Shown: in pieces, positions 48,032 to 61,703 of the stretch | Layout of the letters: each line of letters starts with the position of its first letter | How positions within the stretch are numbered: the stretch's first letter is position 1 | NCBI GenBank assembly: GCA_965235115.1 | Contig: OZ249436.1 | Coordinates: forward strand, 43,526,001 to 43,590,000 | DNA from: Laetmonice hystrix | Lineage: Eukaryota | Length of the DNA: 64,000 nt | Direction: 5' to 3' | Notes under the pieces: generated by a model | Databases searched by the model: none | Seen by the model: only the letters and a program-made list of their open reading frames with translations | What the model was told of the DNA's origin: nothing | Program-made: the position numbers and the translations under genes

Positions 48032-49551
48032 ACCTGTGGTCTAAAACTGTTTTATTTGGACTTACGTGTCCGTTCCTGATGCGTAAGAGTTTGGTTACTC
48101 TGACTAAATTCCCCCGCTGCCCTAGCAGATAAAACCTTCGTTATGATAACATAGAAATCTAAACGCCATCGATATCTCTAACGTGGCACCTTTGACCATG
48201 CCTAGTCTATAAGGCTAGAGCCTAAGCCTGTAGTTATTTCCCTCCCCCCCCCCCCCCCTTTTCTTCTTCTTCCTGAATTGACTGTGGCCGTCAAATATGG
48301 TAAACCGCTTAGGCCTAATGATATTTTATAGCCAAAGTATTTCTAAAGAGTCTCATACAGTGACTTTATAGGAACCATTTGAAACTAGACCTCCAGATTG
48401 CAGGCAATCAGGTTTCCTGTTCCTCTATGGATGTATCTAGGAAGGCCCTGTAGGAAGGGAAAGAAAGTCCACCGTACCAGTAGATTCTAATGAACGTCGG
48501 GTACCAACAGACCACTCATTCGGGAATTCGCGGCCATATCTTCGAAAGTATAGCCTCGGGTGAAATAGGCGCCATTTTGAGCATTGCATCGCGGGTACAT
48601 TTAGCCGGGACTCTCGCCAGCATGGCAGTGTGTCGTGTTGTTGTCGTTCATGGGCGCGGCCATATTGCTTCCCAGTAATTTGATAAATTACCGATTCACG
48701 CCCAATTAGGTGATTCATTTTTCTTCTTCAAACGTTCCCCTTCATATCAGAAATTTATATTTGCACATACAGCGCCGAAGGAGCAGGTGTCAATAATGCA
48801 CTATTTCCTGGCTCGATGGGATATGACGGTTCACTCAGTGCCTCGCTACACAGGTCGATTTCGCCATGTATCTGGTATATGCCCGAGGGAGTCCCGAATG
48901 CAGACCACTAAGCCACCTGTAGTATTAAAGTTGGCATGCGTGGGATTTGAACCCCAGACCCTTGGCATGAAAGTGAAAGTCCTACACCAGTGGTTCCCAA
49001 CCGGCAGGGGGGAATGGAGGCACGCTGGGGGTGTGTATAGGGAACCAGGGGGAATTTGGGGTGAATGGCAAAGGCAGGCCGTGAGGGACGACTAAGGGGG
49101 GAATTGGGGGTTGGTGAAGATCCAGGATTTTGATAAAGAGGGCTCAACTAAAGATTTTTTAGCCTCGCTACGCTCGGCATGATTTTAATATGATTGTGAC
49201 CATTTTGGCCCCCTTTTGGTCTATTTCAATACTGCATGGCCCAGAGTTATCTTGCTGCTGGACTGAGGAGGCCCTTTTAGGCTCGATGTTACTATCACGT
49301 ACAATATAGGAGGCTTTTTAAAGAATTTTGTTGGAATCGCCAGACCCCCTTTGGCCCCCCTGGATCACCCAGTGGGGGTGGATGTTCAAATTAGGGGTAC
49401 TGATGTGAAATTGTCAACTTCATACCAAAAAAATTGTTATTGGAGTGAGTGTTGAAGAACGTTTAGGCACGATTATAAACTGTCGGGTACAGTATATGTA
49501 TTTTTCACTTTTTTAAAACAAAGCAAGTTAAAATCATTATACTTCAATAAA

Positions 49552-51257
49552 CAGTACATGTTGGGAGCCCTCACTGTAGTGTTTGCTCGAGTATAAGGCC
49601 AGTCAATACATGAAGGGAGTCCTTCCTGTAGTGTTTGCTTCAGTCTCAGCTCAGCCAATACATGTAGAGAGCCCTCGCTGTAGTGTTCGCTCGAGTATGA
49701 CGCCACTCAATACATGTAGGGAGCCGTCACTGTACTGCTTGCTCCAGCCCAAGGCCAGTCATTACATGGAGGGAGGCCCTCACTGTAGAGTTTTCTCGAC
49801 AAGAAGGCCAGTCTAAGGTCAGTCAATACATGTAGAGAGCCCTCACTCTAGTGTTTGCTCCAGTATAAGGCCAGTTAGTACATGTGGGGAGCCCTCACTG
49901 TAGTGTTTGCTCGAGTATAAGGCCAGTCAATACATTTCCGTAGCCCTCACTGTATAGTGTTTGCTCGAGTATAAGGACAGTCAGTCCATGTAGGGAGCCC
50001 TCACTGTACTGTTTGCTCCAGTCCAAGGCCAGTCATTAATGTAGGGAGCCCTCACTTTCGTGTTTGCTCGACAATAAGGCCAGTCAGTACATGTAGGGAG
50101 CCCTCACTGAAATTTCTACTCGAGTATAAGGCCAGTCAGTCCATGTGGGCAGCCCTCACTGTAGTGTTTGCTCCAGTCTGACGCAAGTCAATACATGTAG
50201 ACCCCTCACTGTAGTGTTTACTAGAGTATCAGGCCAGTCAGTCCTTGTTGGCAACCCTCACTGTAGTGTTTGCTCCAAGCAGAGGCCAGTCAATGCATGT
50301 AGAGTGCCCGCAATGTAGTGTTTCCTCGGGTATAAGGCCAGTCAATACATGTAGGGAGCCCTCACTGTAGTGTTTGCTTCAGCAGAACGGCAGTCAATAC
50401 ATGTAGAGAGCCCTCACTGTAGTGTTTGCTCCAGCCCATATGCAAGGGCAGTCAATACATGTAGGGAGCCTCACTGTAGTGTTTGCTCGAGTATGACGCC
50501 ACTCAATACATGTAGGGAGCCCTCACTGTAGTGTTTGCTCCACCCCAAGGGCAGTCAATACATGTAGGCAGTCCCCACTGAAGTGTTTGCTAGAGTATAA
50601 GGCCAGTCAGTACATGTGGTGAGCCCTCACTGTAGTGTTTGTTCAGGAATAAGGCCAGACAGTACATGTTGGGAGCCCTCATTGTAGTGTTTGCTCGAGT
50701 ATAAGGCCAGTCAATACATGTAGGGAGTCCTTCCTGTAGTGTTTGCTTCAGTCTAAGCTCAGTCAATACATGTAGAGAGCCCTCGCTGTAGTGTTTGGTC
50801 GAGTATAAGGCCAGTCAGTCCTTGTTGGCAGTCCTCAGTGTAGTGCTTCCTCGAGTATAAGCTAGGCCAATCAATACATGTAGGGAGCCCTCACTGTAGT
50901 GTTTGTTCCAACCGAAGGGCAGTCAATAGATGTAGGGAGCTTTCACTGTAGTGTTTGCTCCAGTCTAAGGCCAGCCAATTAATACATAAAGAGAGCCCTC
51001 ACTGTAGTGTTTGCTCCAGCCCAAGGCCAGTCAATACATGCAGGGAGCCCTCACTGTAGTGTTTGCTGTAGCCCAATGGCAGTCAATACATGCAGAGAGC
51101 CTTCACTGTGTTTGCTCCAGCCGAAGGGCGGTCAATACATGTAGGGAGCCCTCACTGTGGCGTCTGCCCTAGCCCAAGGGCAGTCAATACCTGTAGGGAG
51201 CCTTCACTCTAGTGTTTGCTCCAGTCTAAGGCCAGCCAATACATGTAGAGAGCCCTC
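49552..51257. repeat. 52-bp diverged satellite, about 33 copies
   Basis: gggagccctcactgtagtgtttgctcgagtataaggccagtcaatacatgta. Confidence 0.95.
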
Positions 51258-52149
51258 TTCTGATGGAAGAATTAAAGGGTCGGATTGTTGCTCTCCATAT
51301 TGCCTGCCATGATGGAACTGCTGACGATACCCTACTTGTAGGCCCTATCTTAAGTTATAGCAGCTAGTGCATTATAGGCTTTTTGGTTGAAGAGACCCGA
51401 GATATTCAAATATGTGTTCATATAGCAAACAAGACATAGCTCATGGACATGGTTACGATCCTCAACCCTACCACCTCTTAAGCCTACCTTGTAGGCCTAC
51501 CATCAGGTCAATAGGCCTACTCAACGTAGAGTCTATATAGGCTATATCCAGGTTACCAACGCCAGTTTCTACATAAATTTCAGACAATGTATTTTCCCAA
51601 TTATTGCTTGATTTGCTGAGGTGTCCACATAGGTGGGCATCTCCTCCCCAAATTTCATCAAATTTCACTCACCGAGTTAGGAGTATTGCCTTACAGCTAG
51701 GCCTACCTAAAGGAGACACATCAACCATGCAAGATGTTGAAAAAAAAAGCAGAAAAAAAAATCCCATTCTACATGAAAGAGAAGAGGGGCAATCTATCGG
51801 ATCGTTGCATTGTATGCTATCAGAAAAAGTGTTATAAAAAAGTTGGATGATTTATGTTTGATTGATCTGCTCTTCTAAACTTTTCTTATTCTGGATGGCC
51901 CTGTTTTGTGATTCAAAGGTTGTGACCACCAGGAACGTGCAGAGGCACGCTTCCAGACAGGATATAGGCCTACGACTAGGCTACTTAGATCTATTAGAGG
52001 CCTAGCTATTATGTTAGTGTTGGGAGGACGCCTTTTAGAGGTGCGTATGATACAGGAGTTCTTTTACGTACTGATCTACCGTACTTCACATTTAGAATTA
52101 ACTTTAAACTAGACGAATAAACGGAAATACAAAGATATGAGATCAACAT

Positions 52150-53097
52150 TTATCACAGTTCCAGTAACAATGCCGCTTTCTGATTGGTCCAGGCCCACGC
52201 GACATGAAGCCGTACTCGGTGACATCGCACCAAACGGGTAGGATGGGCCATCCTATAGTAGTAGTCGTCGCGCCATCTGCCGGTCAAACAGGTCATTTTT
52301 CTATCCTACCGTTTTGGCTGCAGCGCCGATACTGTGGCGTCACACTGTGCCTGTGGCCACAGTGTGACACCAACACTGCCATGCGATGGCAGCAAATGAC
52401 TGCAAAACTTCAAAAAGGCGTTTTGCCGAATTTAATGACTACATCTAATCTAATGTGAGGACTGGAACTGTGATAAAATCGTTGCCCCATGTTTGCTTTT
52501 ACGAAGTACGGAATATAACCTAGCCTTGGTTGGCCATACCACATTCGGGCTTCGCCCTCATGTGGTATGGCCAACCAAGGCTAGGTTATATTCCGTACTT
52601 CGTAAGCAAACATGGGGTAATAACAGTTACCCCATGTTTGCTTACGAAGTACGGAATATAACCTAGCCTTGGTTGGCCATACCACATGAGGGCGAAGCCC
52701 GAATGTGGTATGGCCAACCAAGGCTAGGTTATATTCCGTACTTCGTAAAAGCAAACATGGGGCAACGATTTTATCACAGTTCCAGTCCTCACATTAGATT
52801 AGATGTAGTAATTAAATTCGGCAAAACGCCTTTTTGAAGTTTTGCAGTCATTTGCTGCCATCGCATGGCAGTGTTGGTGTCACACTGTGGCCACAGGCAC
52901 AGTGTGACGTCACAGTATCGGCGCTGCAGCCAAAACGGTAGGATAGAAAAATGACCTGTTTGACCGGCAGATGGCGCGACGACTACTACTATAGGATGGC
53001 CCATCCTACCCGTTTGGTGCGATGTCACCGAGTACGGCTTAATATCGCGTGGGCCTGGACCAATCAGAAAGCGGCATTGTTACTGGAACTGTGATAA
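52150..53097. repeat. 948-bp palindrome: two 471-bp arms around a 6-bp spacer
   Basis: 52150-52620 is the reverse complement of 52627-53097 with about 4 mismatches. Confidence 0.95.
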
Positions 53098-53419
53098 CTG
53101 TTAATACGACCTCTCAAGGCGCCCTCTACCGTGGACTTGCCACCTAGCGGCACAGAGCTGACACACAGCTGACTGACGGACGGGATGCCATTAACAATGA
53201 TTTGTACGAAGGATACACACCTGTCGTTATAATAACGAATTGCCTTACTAAGTAGAATCATGTAACAAGAGAAATTGAGAGAGAGAGGGGTAAGGAATGG
53301 ACGAATGAAGAAAGGGTCAGATTGTTGCGCACACAATCATGTCTGCGGAATCGGAACCTCTCTGCTGCCCTCTGACGGAGATCTTCTAAACTATTGATGC
53401 CCTACATACGGGATCCCAA

Positions 53420-53580
53420 TGTAGTACTTCCGGTTCTGTTTCGTTTGTGTCAGCAACAATCCCGATTTGTCATGCCCCAATGACCACAACGAGTGGATTT
53501 TGTCGATGATAGTAGGGGTGTTTCAAGTGAGGACGTGGAGCGTTAACATAGCTTGATCCAGTGAGTCGGTGACAAAGGTT
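53420..53580 (+). promoter_or_regulatory. Putative promoter and non-coding exon of the zinc-finger gene
   Basis: ETS-type ACTTCCGG motif followed by candidate donors (GTGAGT, AAAG|GTTTGT). Confidence 0.35.
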
Positions 53581-54850
53581 TGTAGAGTCTTATAAATGTG
53601 TTAAATGCAACCCCCCACGTCTGTTCGCCTCGCTTTCTAAGTTATTGACCCCAGCCCAGGCCCAGCCCAGTCGGTGTCTGCCGCAGTGCCAGTGGAGTGG
53701 TTATTCTGCCGTCAGACGGCAGAATAAATAAATACGTTTGACTTATTACCGACACGAAACAATTTGTTTGAGTGAGAGTTAAGGTTAGGCCTAGGGTTAG
53801 TAACCACTGCCTAGTAGTAGTACTGGGCATGTTAGTAAGTGTTACTGTTTAGTTAGTGCTAGCACAAACACTGAAACAGCTTAGTGCGTGTGATCCGGCC
53901 ACTTACGATCCGATCATGCCCGATGGTTCCGATCTCTTCCGATTCAGACTTTAAGCGCAAGAGCGACTAAGCAGGCACAAGGCCACGTAATGTAACTTAA
54001 CTTTGCCCTAGATACGCGCAACACTGTGCAAAGAGAATCGGAAGGTGTGATCCACTTAGTTATGCTTCCTTACGGCAGTTACGCGGGTAGGCCTACTGTG
54101 CAATGCGCATGCTTTCGATAATATCTATCATGTTTGGTTTTCACATACGCGGGTTACGCAGACTCTGCGATGCGCAGAAGCAGTCGGAAGCCATCATAAG
54201 GCGTGTAAGAGATCGAAGAGCGTGATCTACAGTTTATGTCCTGTTGCGCTGTACCGATTTTGATGCTTTTTATGATCGGAAGGCGCACAAAGGGGGAAAT
54301 TCGAATGATCTGAGCAAAAGTGGATCTCACTCTTAAGTTAGGTTAGGGTACTGTTGTTTCTGTATACGATATACTGACTGTAAACAGTGTACTTTGTAGT
54401 GTCGTGTAGTTTTGGGGTTCGTTCTGGGGTTCTCGGTCACAGCATCCACAATGGGCACAGAAACCCTGGCACAAGTCACAAAGACCACACATTGGTCACA
54501 ACGTACACACTTTCACCCACAATGAGGATTTTTTTCTAATTTGTGGATTCACAGATTTCTGCTTCTTTGAGATTGAAATGCAACCAAAAATGCACTAAAT
54601 TATATCAAAATTTTGAAATTTTCCTACCTTTGGCCACAAAATCATAAGGTTCTGCAATTTTTATATTTTCTCCTGTTCTTTTCAGGATTTTAAGCCCTGC
54701 ACTATTACTATGTAAGCAAAACTTAATAGGTTGTGGGGCATTATCATAATGATCTGAGTAAAGGATCGTTCAAGGTGCAACCTCTGATTTTATACATACC
54801 GGTACTGAATTTCTTGCACTTTCTTTCAGTAAAAGATTAAATTTAAAGTG

Positions 54851-55549
54851 ATGGTGAACCGACCGGAGCAGGACCAGATAAAGGCGATCCTAGTGCAAGC
54901 AATCGCCAATATCTGCCGCCGAGGACTCACCTACAACTCCAAGTTCAGCATTGAGGGTCTGCTAGGCATCACACTTGATGAAGAAGATGTGTTTCTCGTC
55001 AACATCAAGGAGACTGTTCATCAGAGCAGTTATGGAGCGACAGTTTGCACAAAATCTGACCCACTGTCACAGGGAGTCAGCAAGCCAAGCACCAAGAGTT
55101 TTAACCTACAGGCTATCACAGGACAAATAACAGACAAACAGACATTGTTGAGGAGCATCGGAAAGTCAAAGCGGCATGTGTCGTCCCAAGATCCAAGTCA
55201 TGAAGAACAACACAAACGGCATCGAGCAGGTTCAGACTATGACAAAGATCAACCTCAGGACCTCAGCATCTCTAAGACAGGCACAGTATCTGACTGTGAT
55301 ACAGATCAACCATCACCTGCTCGACATACAGATATAAATGCCATGGATCCAACCAGCAGCACAGCTGATGTAGCAACCAGAGAGTCGGCCATCTCTGACG
55401 ACCAGATTGTTGATCAGCAGCAGGTCATAACAGTTGAGCCAGCAAGTAGGCGCCGCTTGTGGGGAAGTTCCAGAAGGTCTAAGCCAAGGAAGTCGCACCC
55501 TCGGAAGGTCCAGTCAATGCCAGTATTCCCAGACCAACATGAATTGGAG
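54851..55549 (+). CDS. C2H2 zinc-finger protein, coding exon 1 (compact N-terminal domain plus disordered region)
   Basis: Acceptor at 54828-54829, ATG 54851, phase-0 donor GAG|GTAGAT; 233 codons open. Confidence 0.85.
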
Positions 55550-55793
55550 GTAGATTACAAAATATTACTTTCATTGCGATGATGGTAAACTGGTTTCAAG
55601 AGTTGTAATTATAAGTACATATAAAGTAACATTTGTTGTCAGTATTATAATAATAATCATATCAGAAGGCCACTTTGTCAGACTAATCAGTGGCAGTTTA
55701 CAGAAGTCTCTCTGCTGTTTAAAATAGTGAATACAAGATGGTGAGATGCTTGCATCACACAGTCACAGTTTATTTGCTTTGCTTTGATTGCAG

Positions 55794-56489
55794 GATGGTG
55801 GGGAGGTAGTAGACTTTGGCCGTTTTCTCAGTATGAAACCCATTCTGAGGGACATTGACGACACAAACGATCAGAATAGTAAGGAGGGTCTCGACATCTC
55901 GATGGGCAATGACATCTTCACCACATACAAGGACAGAAGTAACATCGCAGATGCAGACAAGGATGCAGATAGTCCACAAGACAGCAGACAACTGTACATT
56001 GATATGGAGAACAACATTGAACACAACGAGAGTGAGAACGGTTGTGATATGAACAGTACACTTGATGTCAGTGACAGTTTGTATGTCGCGACCCAGAAAG
56101 CGTACACCAAGATTAAGGAGACCACAGTCAATGGGGAATCAAGGTTTGGCTGCACACTTTGTGAGATGATATTTTCTGACAGAGAGATGTGCCAGCGACA
56201 CATGAGGTGGCAGCACAAGGCCAAGGTCTACAGCTGTGAAATTTGCAGCCGTGGGTTCTGGCATCAGAGTGAATACGCTGAGCACAAGGCTGTATTTCAC
56301 GAAGGACCAGGGGGCTACCCTTGTGACCATTGTGGTAAAGTCCTCCTTTCAAAACGTGGCCTCAAAGAGCACGTGCAGCATCACACCGGCCAGTATCCAT
56401 TCTTCTGTGTGAAGTGCAATAGAGGGTTTTGTCGGAAGTTTGAGTACACTGGCCATCGACGGAAACACCACCCAGAAGAGGTAGAATAA
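55794..56489 (+). CDS. C2H2 zinc-finger protein, coding exon 2 (four fingers)
   Basis: ttgcag|GAT; four CxxC...HxxxH/HxxxxH fingers incl. HTGQYPF linker; spliced total 464 aa. Confidence 0.9.
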   Translation, partial: DGGEVVDFGRFLSMKPILRDIDDTNDQNSKEGLDISMGNDIFTTYKDRSNIADADKDADSPQDSRQLYIDMENNIEHNESENGCDMNSTLDVSDSLYVATQKAYTKIKETTVNGESRFGCTLCEMIFSDREMCQRHMRWQHKAKVYSCEICSRGFWHQSEYAEHKAVFHEGPGGYPCDHCGKVLLSKRGLKEHVQHHTGQYPFFCVKCNRGFCRKFEYTGHRRKHHPEEVE

Positions 56490-57372
56490 GTAATAACCTG
56501 GGGTGTCATTCCAACTGTTAAAGCAAAAGAAGTTTTTTATTGCGAGCGATAAGAAGTTTTTATACAGGTTTTTTAAGGTAAATCCTGATGTTTTAGCTGA
56601 TTTATACAGATATGTTTAAATGCCTTGAATTGCCTGTAGGACTGTAGGCAGAAGGGAATATGTTATCTGCACCAGTATACATTCCTATAGACCAGCACAA
56701 GTTAGTTGTATTACAACGTTTTTACAAAGGCAAAAAAATGGAAGCGGTGATAATAATTGTGATACTGACTAGGTCTTGTATAAAGAATCTGAGGTCCTTT
56801 TTTCAGTCTAGTTTCTTATTCATAAAAATTATATAATATGTGACCAAGGATCATAAATTTATGGATCATTGTTACCAGAAATTTAGCCTCAGGATTGTTT
56901 TCCTATTAGCCGTTTCTGCATACATGTTTCAGGGCCATAACTCAACAACTTTACAAAGATTAACTTACTGTGCACAGTTAGAATTTTTTGAACTGACATA
57001 TATTTGAAATGTATTATACATGTAATGCTGAAGGAGTCAGTACTAGGTGCCTGCCATTAGCTGAGTACTCGTAGTCTCAGGTAGAGTCCCTGGCGATTGG
57101 TGTAATTCTATTATAGAGGCCTGAACCACTGATGCAATATACATGCTGTATGACTTTGTTACTGACTTTCAACCACAATCTTGGAACCGAAGATAACCTG
57201 ATGTTGGTACAGTCTACGTCTACAACCAGAAGCTATTTGACCAAGCCATTGTATTTGATCACTCTCACATTCCTTCACAGAGCTTCTGCTACATTTTTAT
57301 GGTGACCCTGTTTTTGGGGTTAGGAGAATGATCTCTTCATTGGCTTGCAATAACTCCTGATTGAGTTGAACA

Positions 57373-57468
57373 ACTGATGGCAGGCACATTGAGGCAGCTG
57401 ATGGCAGGCACATTGAGGCAACTGATGGCAGGCACATTGAGGCAACTGATGGCAGGCACATTGAGGCA
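57373..57468. repeat. 24-bp minisatellite, 4 copies
   Basis: actgatggcaggcacattgaggca. Confidence 0.9.
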
Positions 57469-57490
57469 GTACTGTAAAGTTCTGTTACAT

Positions 57491-60026
57491 ACCAGCAGAC
57501 ACTGATTATCATACTGTGAGAGAGAGTATCTGCATGCTGATACATCACGGTTATATACTCTAACTGGTAGACACTGATGTGTCACACTGTGAGAGAGAGT
57601 ATCTGCATGCTGATACATCACGGTTATATACTCTAACTGGTAGACACTGATGTGTCACACTGTGTGAGAGAGTATCTGCATGCTGATACATCACGGTTAT
57701 ATACTCTAACTGGTAGACACTGATGTGTCACACTGTGAGAGAGAGTATCTGCATGCTGATACATCACGGTTATATACTCTAACTGGTAGACACTGATGTG
57801 TCACACTGTGTGAGAGAGTATCTGCATGCTGATACATAACGGTTACGTAGACTCTAACTGGTAGACACTGATGTGTCACACTGTGTGAGAGAGTATCTGC
57901 ATGCTGATACATCACGGTTACGTAGACTCTAACTGGTAGACACTGATGTGTCACACTGTGTGAGAGAGTATCTGCATGCTGATACATCACGGTTACGTAG
58001 ACTCTAACCAGTAGACACTGATGTGTCACACTGTGTGAGAGAGTATCTGCATGCTGATACATCACGGTTACGTAGACTCTAACTGGTAGACACTGATGTG
58101 TCACACTGTGTGAGAGAGTATCTGCATGCTGATACATAACGGTTACGTAGACTCTAACTGGTAGACACTGATGTGTCACACTGTGTGAGAGAGTATCTGC
58201 ATGCTGATACATCACGGTTACGTAGACTCTAACTGGTAGACACTGATGTGTCACACTGTGTGAGAGAGTATCTGCATGCTGATACATCACGGTTACGTAG
58301 ACTCTAACCAGTAGACACTGATGTGTCACACTGTGTGAGAGAGTATCTGCATGCTGATACATCACGGTTATATACTCTAACTGGTAGACACTGATGTGTC
58401 ACACTGTGTGAGAGAGTATCTGCATGCTGATACATAACGGTTACGTAGACTCTAACTGGTAGACACTGATGTGTCACACTGTGTGAGAGAGTATCTGCAT
58501 GCTGATACATCACGGTTACGTAGACTCTAACTGGTAGACACTGATGTGTCACACTGTGTGAGAGAGTATCTGCATGCTGATACATCACGGTTACGTAGAC
58601 TCTAACCAGTAGACACTGATGTGTCACACTGTGTGAGAGAGTATCTGCATGCTGATACATCACGGTTATATACTCTAACTGGTAGACACTGATGTGTCAC
58701 ACTGTGTGAGAGAGTATCTGCATGCTGATACATAACGGTTACGTAGACTCTAACTGGTAGACACTGATGTGTCACACTGTGTGAGAGAGTATCTGCATGC
58801 TGATACATCACGGTTATGTAGACTCTAACCAGTAGACACTGATGTGTCACACTGTGTGAGAGAGTATCTGCATGCTGATACATCACGGTTACGTAGACTC
58901 TAACTGGTAGACACTGATGTGTCACACTGTGTGAGAGAGTATCTCCATGCTGATACATCACGGTTACGTAGACTCTAACTGGTAGACACTGATGTGTCAC
59001 ACTGTGTGAGAGAGTATCTGCATGCTGATACATCACGGTTATGTAGACTCTAACCAGTAGACACTGATGTGTCACACTGTGTGAGAGAGTATCTGCATGC
59101 TGATACATCACGGTTACGTAGACTCTAACTGGTAGACACTGATGTGTCACACTGTGTGAGAGAGTATCTCCATGCTGATACATCACGGTTACGTAGACTC
59201 TAACTGGTAGACACTGATGTGTCACACTGTGTGAGAGAGTATCTGCATGCTGATACATCACGGTTACGTAGACTCTAACCAGTAGACACTGATGTGTCAC
59301 ACTGTGTGAGAGAGTATCTGCATGCTGATACATCACGGTTACGTAGACTCTAACTGGTAGACACTGATGTGTCACACTGTGTGAGAGAGTATCTGCATGC
59401 TGATACATCACGGTTACGTAGACTCTAACTGGTAGACACTGATGTGTCACACTGTGTGAGAGAGTATCTGCATGCTGATACATCACGGTTACGTAGACTC
59501 TAACCAGTAGACACTGATGTGTCACACTGTGTGAGAGAGTATCTGCATGCTGATACATCACGGTTACGTAGACTCTAACTGGTAGACACTGATGTGTCAC
59601 ACAGTGTGATAGAGTATCTGCATCAATACATCACGGTTACGTAGACTCTAACTGGTAGACACTGATGTGTCACACTGTGTGAGAGAGTATCTGCATGCTG
59701 ATACATCACGGTTACGTAGACTCTAACCAGTAGACACTGATGTGTCACACTGTGTGAGAGAGTATCTGCATGCTGATACGTCACAGTAACGTAGGCTCTA
59801 ACCAGTAGACACTGATGTGTCACACTGTGTGAGAGAGTATCTGCATGCTGATACATCACGGTTACGTAGACTCTAACCAGTAGACACTGATGTGTCACAC
59901 TGTGTGAGAGAGTATCTGCATAAATTCATCACGGTTACGTAGACTCTAACCAGTAGACACTGATGTGTCACACAGTGTGAGAGAGTATCTGCATGCTGAT
60001 ACATCACGGTTACATAGACTCTAACC
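57491..60026. repeat. 75-bp (and 73-bp variant) satellite, about 34 copies
   Basis: ggttacgtagactctaactggtagacactgatgtgtcacactgtgtgagagagtatctgcatgctgatacatcac. Confidence 0.98.
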
Positions 60027-60294
60027 GCCATGCCACACTTTGTGACAGGGAGTATTGGCACACACTGATGCACAGCGCTATGCGGGATAACATAAGTACC
60101 TGCAAAATTAAAAAATGATCTCAATTGGAACCTTGTGTGGCTTTGTAGATGGAAAATAAGAAACATGATGTTATCATAATAACTCAATCAAAGCGAAAAA
60201 TGTGGTGCTATCCAGTTATATTCTAAAAATTCCGATTTTTAAATTATATTTTGTAGAAAACTTGTAGGGAGAAAGCTCTGGTAAATCATGTTAA

Positions 60295-60556
60295 CGGTCC
60301 AGTGTATACTTGTGAACGAGAGTGGCGCCCCCTGGATATCCAGGCCAAGTTGGTTTCATAACCTACTCTGCTCACCTATCCCACTAAAAATATTATTTAG
60401 ATATTTCAAATAATGCACGTAATATAATTTACTATGCGGCCTAGTTGTAGCTGCGCTTCCAATTAAATTTTCGGGAATTGATGTGGGGAACTATGTTCTG
60501 TGCAGAGGTACACAACAGTGCAGGCCAACACAGTGTTCAAAGTATACATTGGGCCT
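60295..60556. mobile_element. TTAA-flanked MITE (Kolobok-like)
   Basis: TTAA both sides; TIR cggtccagtgtatact / agtatacattgggcct. Confidence 0.65.
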
Positions 60557-61703
60557 TTAACTTGTAATATGATTTAGGAATCATGGTTTATAGTTTTGTG
60601 AGTGTATGTTAGGGCAGACGGGCTGATCATGAGGATGTACAAAGTGTACACGAGTGTGTTTGGCTATGTACACAAAGCCAGCCCAGCTCACATAAATCGG
60701 TTTATCTCAGTTGCCTAATCTAGTTGACAAATGACACCTTGAGGCTCAAAGTTGTAGGATTTCTTTATACTTTATCCTCTTAAACCTTTGTAGCAGTAGG
60801 CCTACTTTCATAATATACAAAATATTTCAAATTTCATCTTTTTCAGTACTTATTCGTCATGTTCTAATGACTATTAAATTCTAGAAGGTAGATACAACTA
60901 TGCAACTATTTGTATTTGATATGCTAGTATTTTTATGGAGTCGTCATAATAAAAGGGAACATTCTATATCAAGTTGATTTTTTTGATATATACCCCAGGG
61001 ATTTACTAGCTAAATATTGATGTGATCACCCAGCCAGTCAGCTGATGCTCTCGGCAAATCGTTCCTAGTCAATTTTGTCCTGGGCAAGTCAGTTTTTCAG
61101 TATTTGTCACTCCCTGGATCAGTCACCATTTCTCTGCTGATTACGGAAGTTAAATTCTTTATACACTTTATTGACATGCAGTGTCAGTGGATAATGTCCT
61201 TCAGGGCTGTCACATGTCAAATCAGTCCAAGGTCAGGAATGACACAGTCTCCAAAACTAATTTTCTGCCTAATTATTTGAATTAAGGAATTAATTTAGCT
61301 GATACTTTTTAGCTTTGTAGTGTGACTTGCATTCTGTAGTATAAGTACTGCTGTTTTTCTTGTGTTTTATAAATTGAGATACTAGTGCTTTACTGATAAT
61401 ACATTAATAGTATGGATTTTACATAGATTCTGCCTATTTTTAGCCATCGGAAAGCCCGTGTGTAAATTTGTCTGTGGTTTGTTTGTTTTTGTTTTCATGA
61501 GCATGATTTTTTTAAATTTGTATTATTTGTCATTATGTTTATAGTCCATTTATAGTAAAGATCATGAGAAATTTTCATGTCGGGCGAAGCCAATCTAATG
61601 AGCAGACTCGGTCTTTGAATTTTCAATATGTACAATGAGATCATCACAGGGAGTCTGTTGTCAAATCGTGTGGAAAAAATCAAATACATTGTAACGGTTA
61701 TAA

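Noticed and set aside
57706..59898. Long repetitive minus-strand ORFs (219-332 aa)
   Set aside because: Products of the 75-bp satellite, frameshifted by 73-bp units
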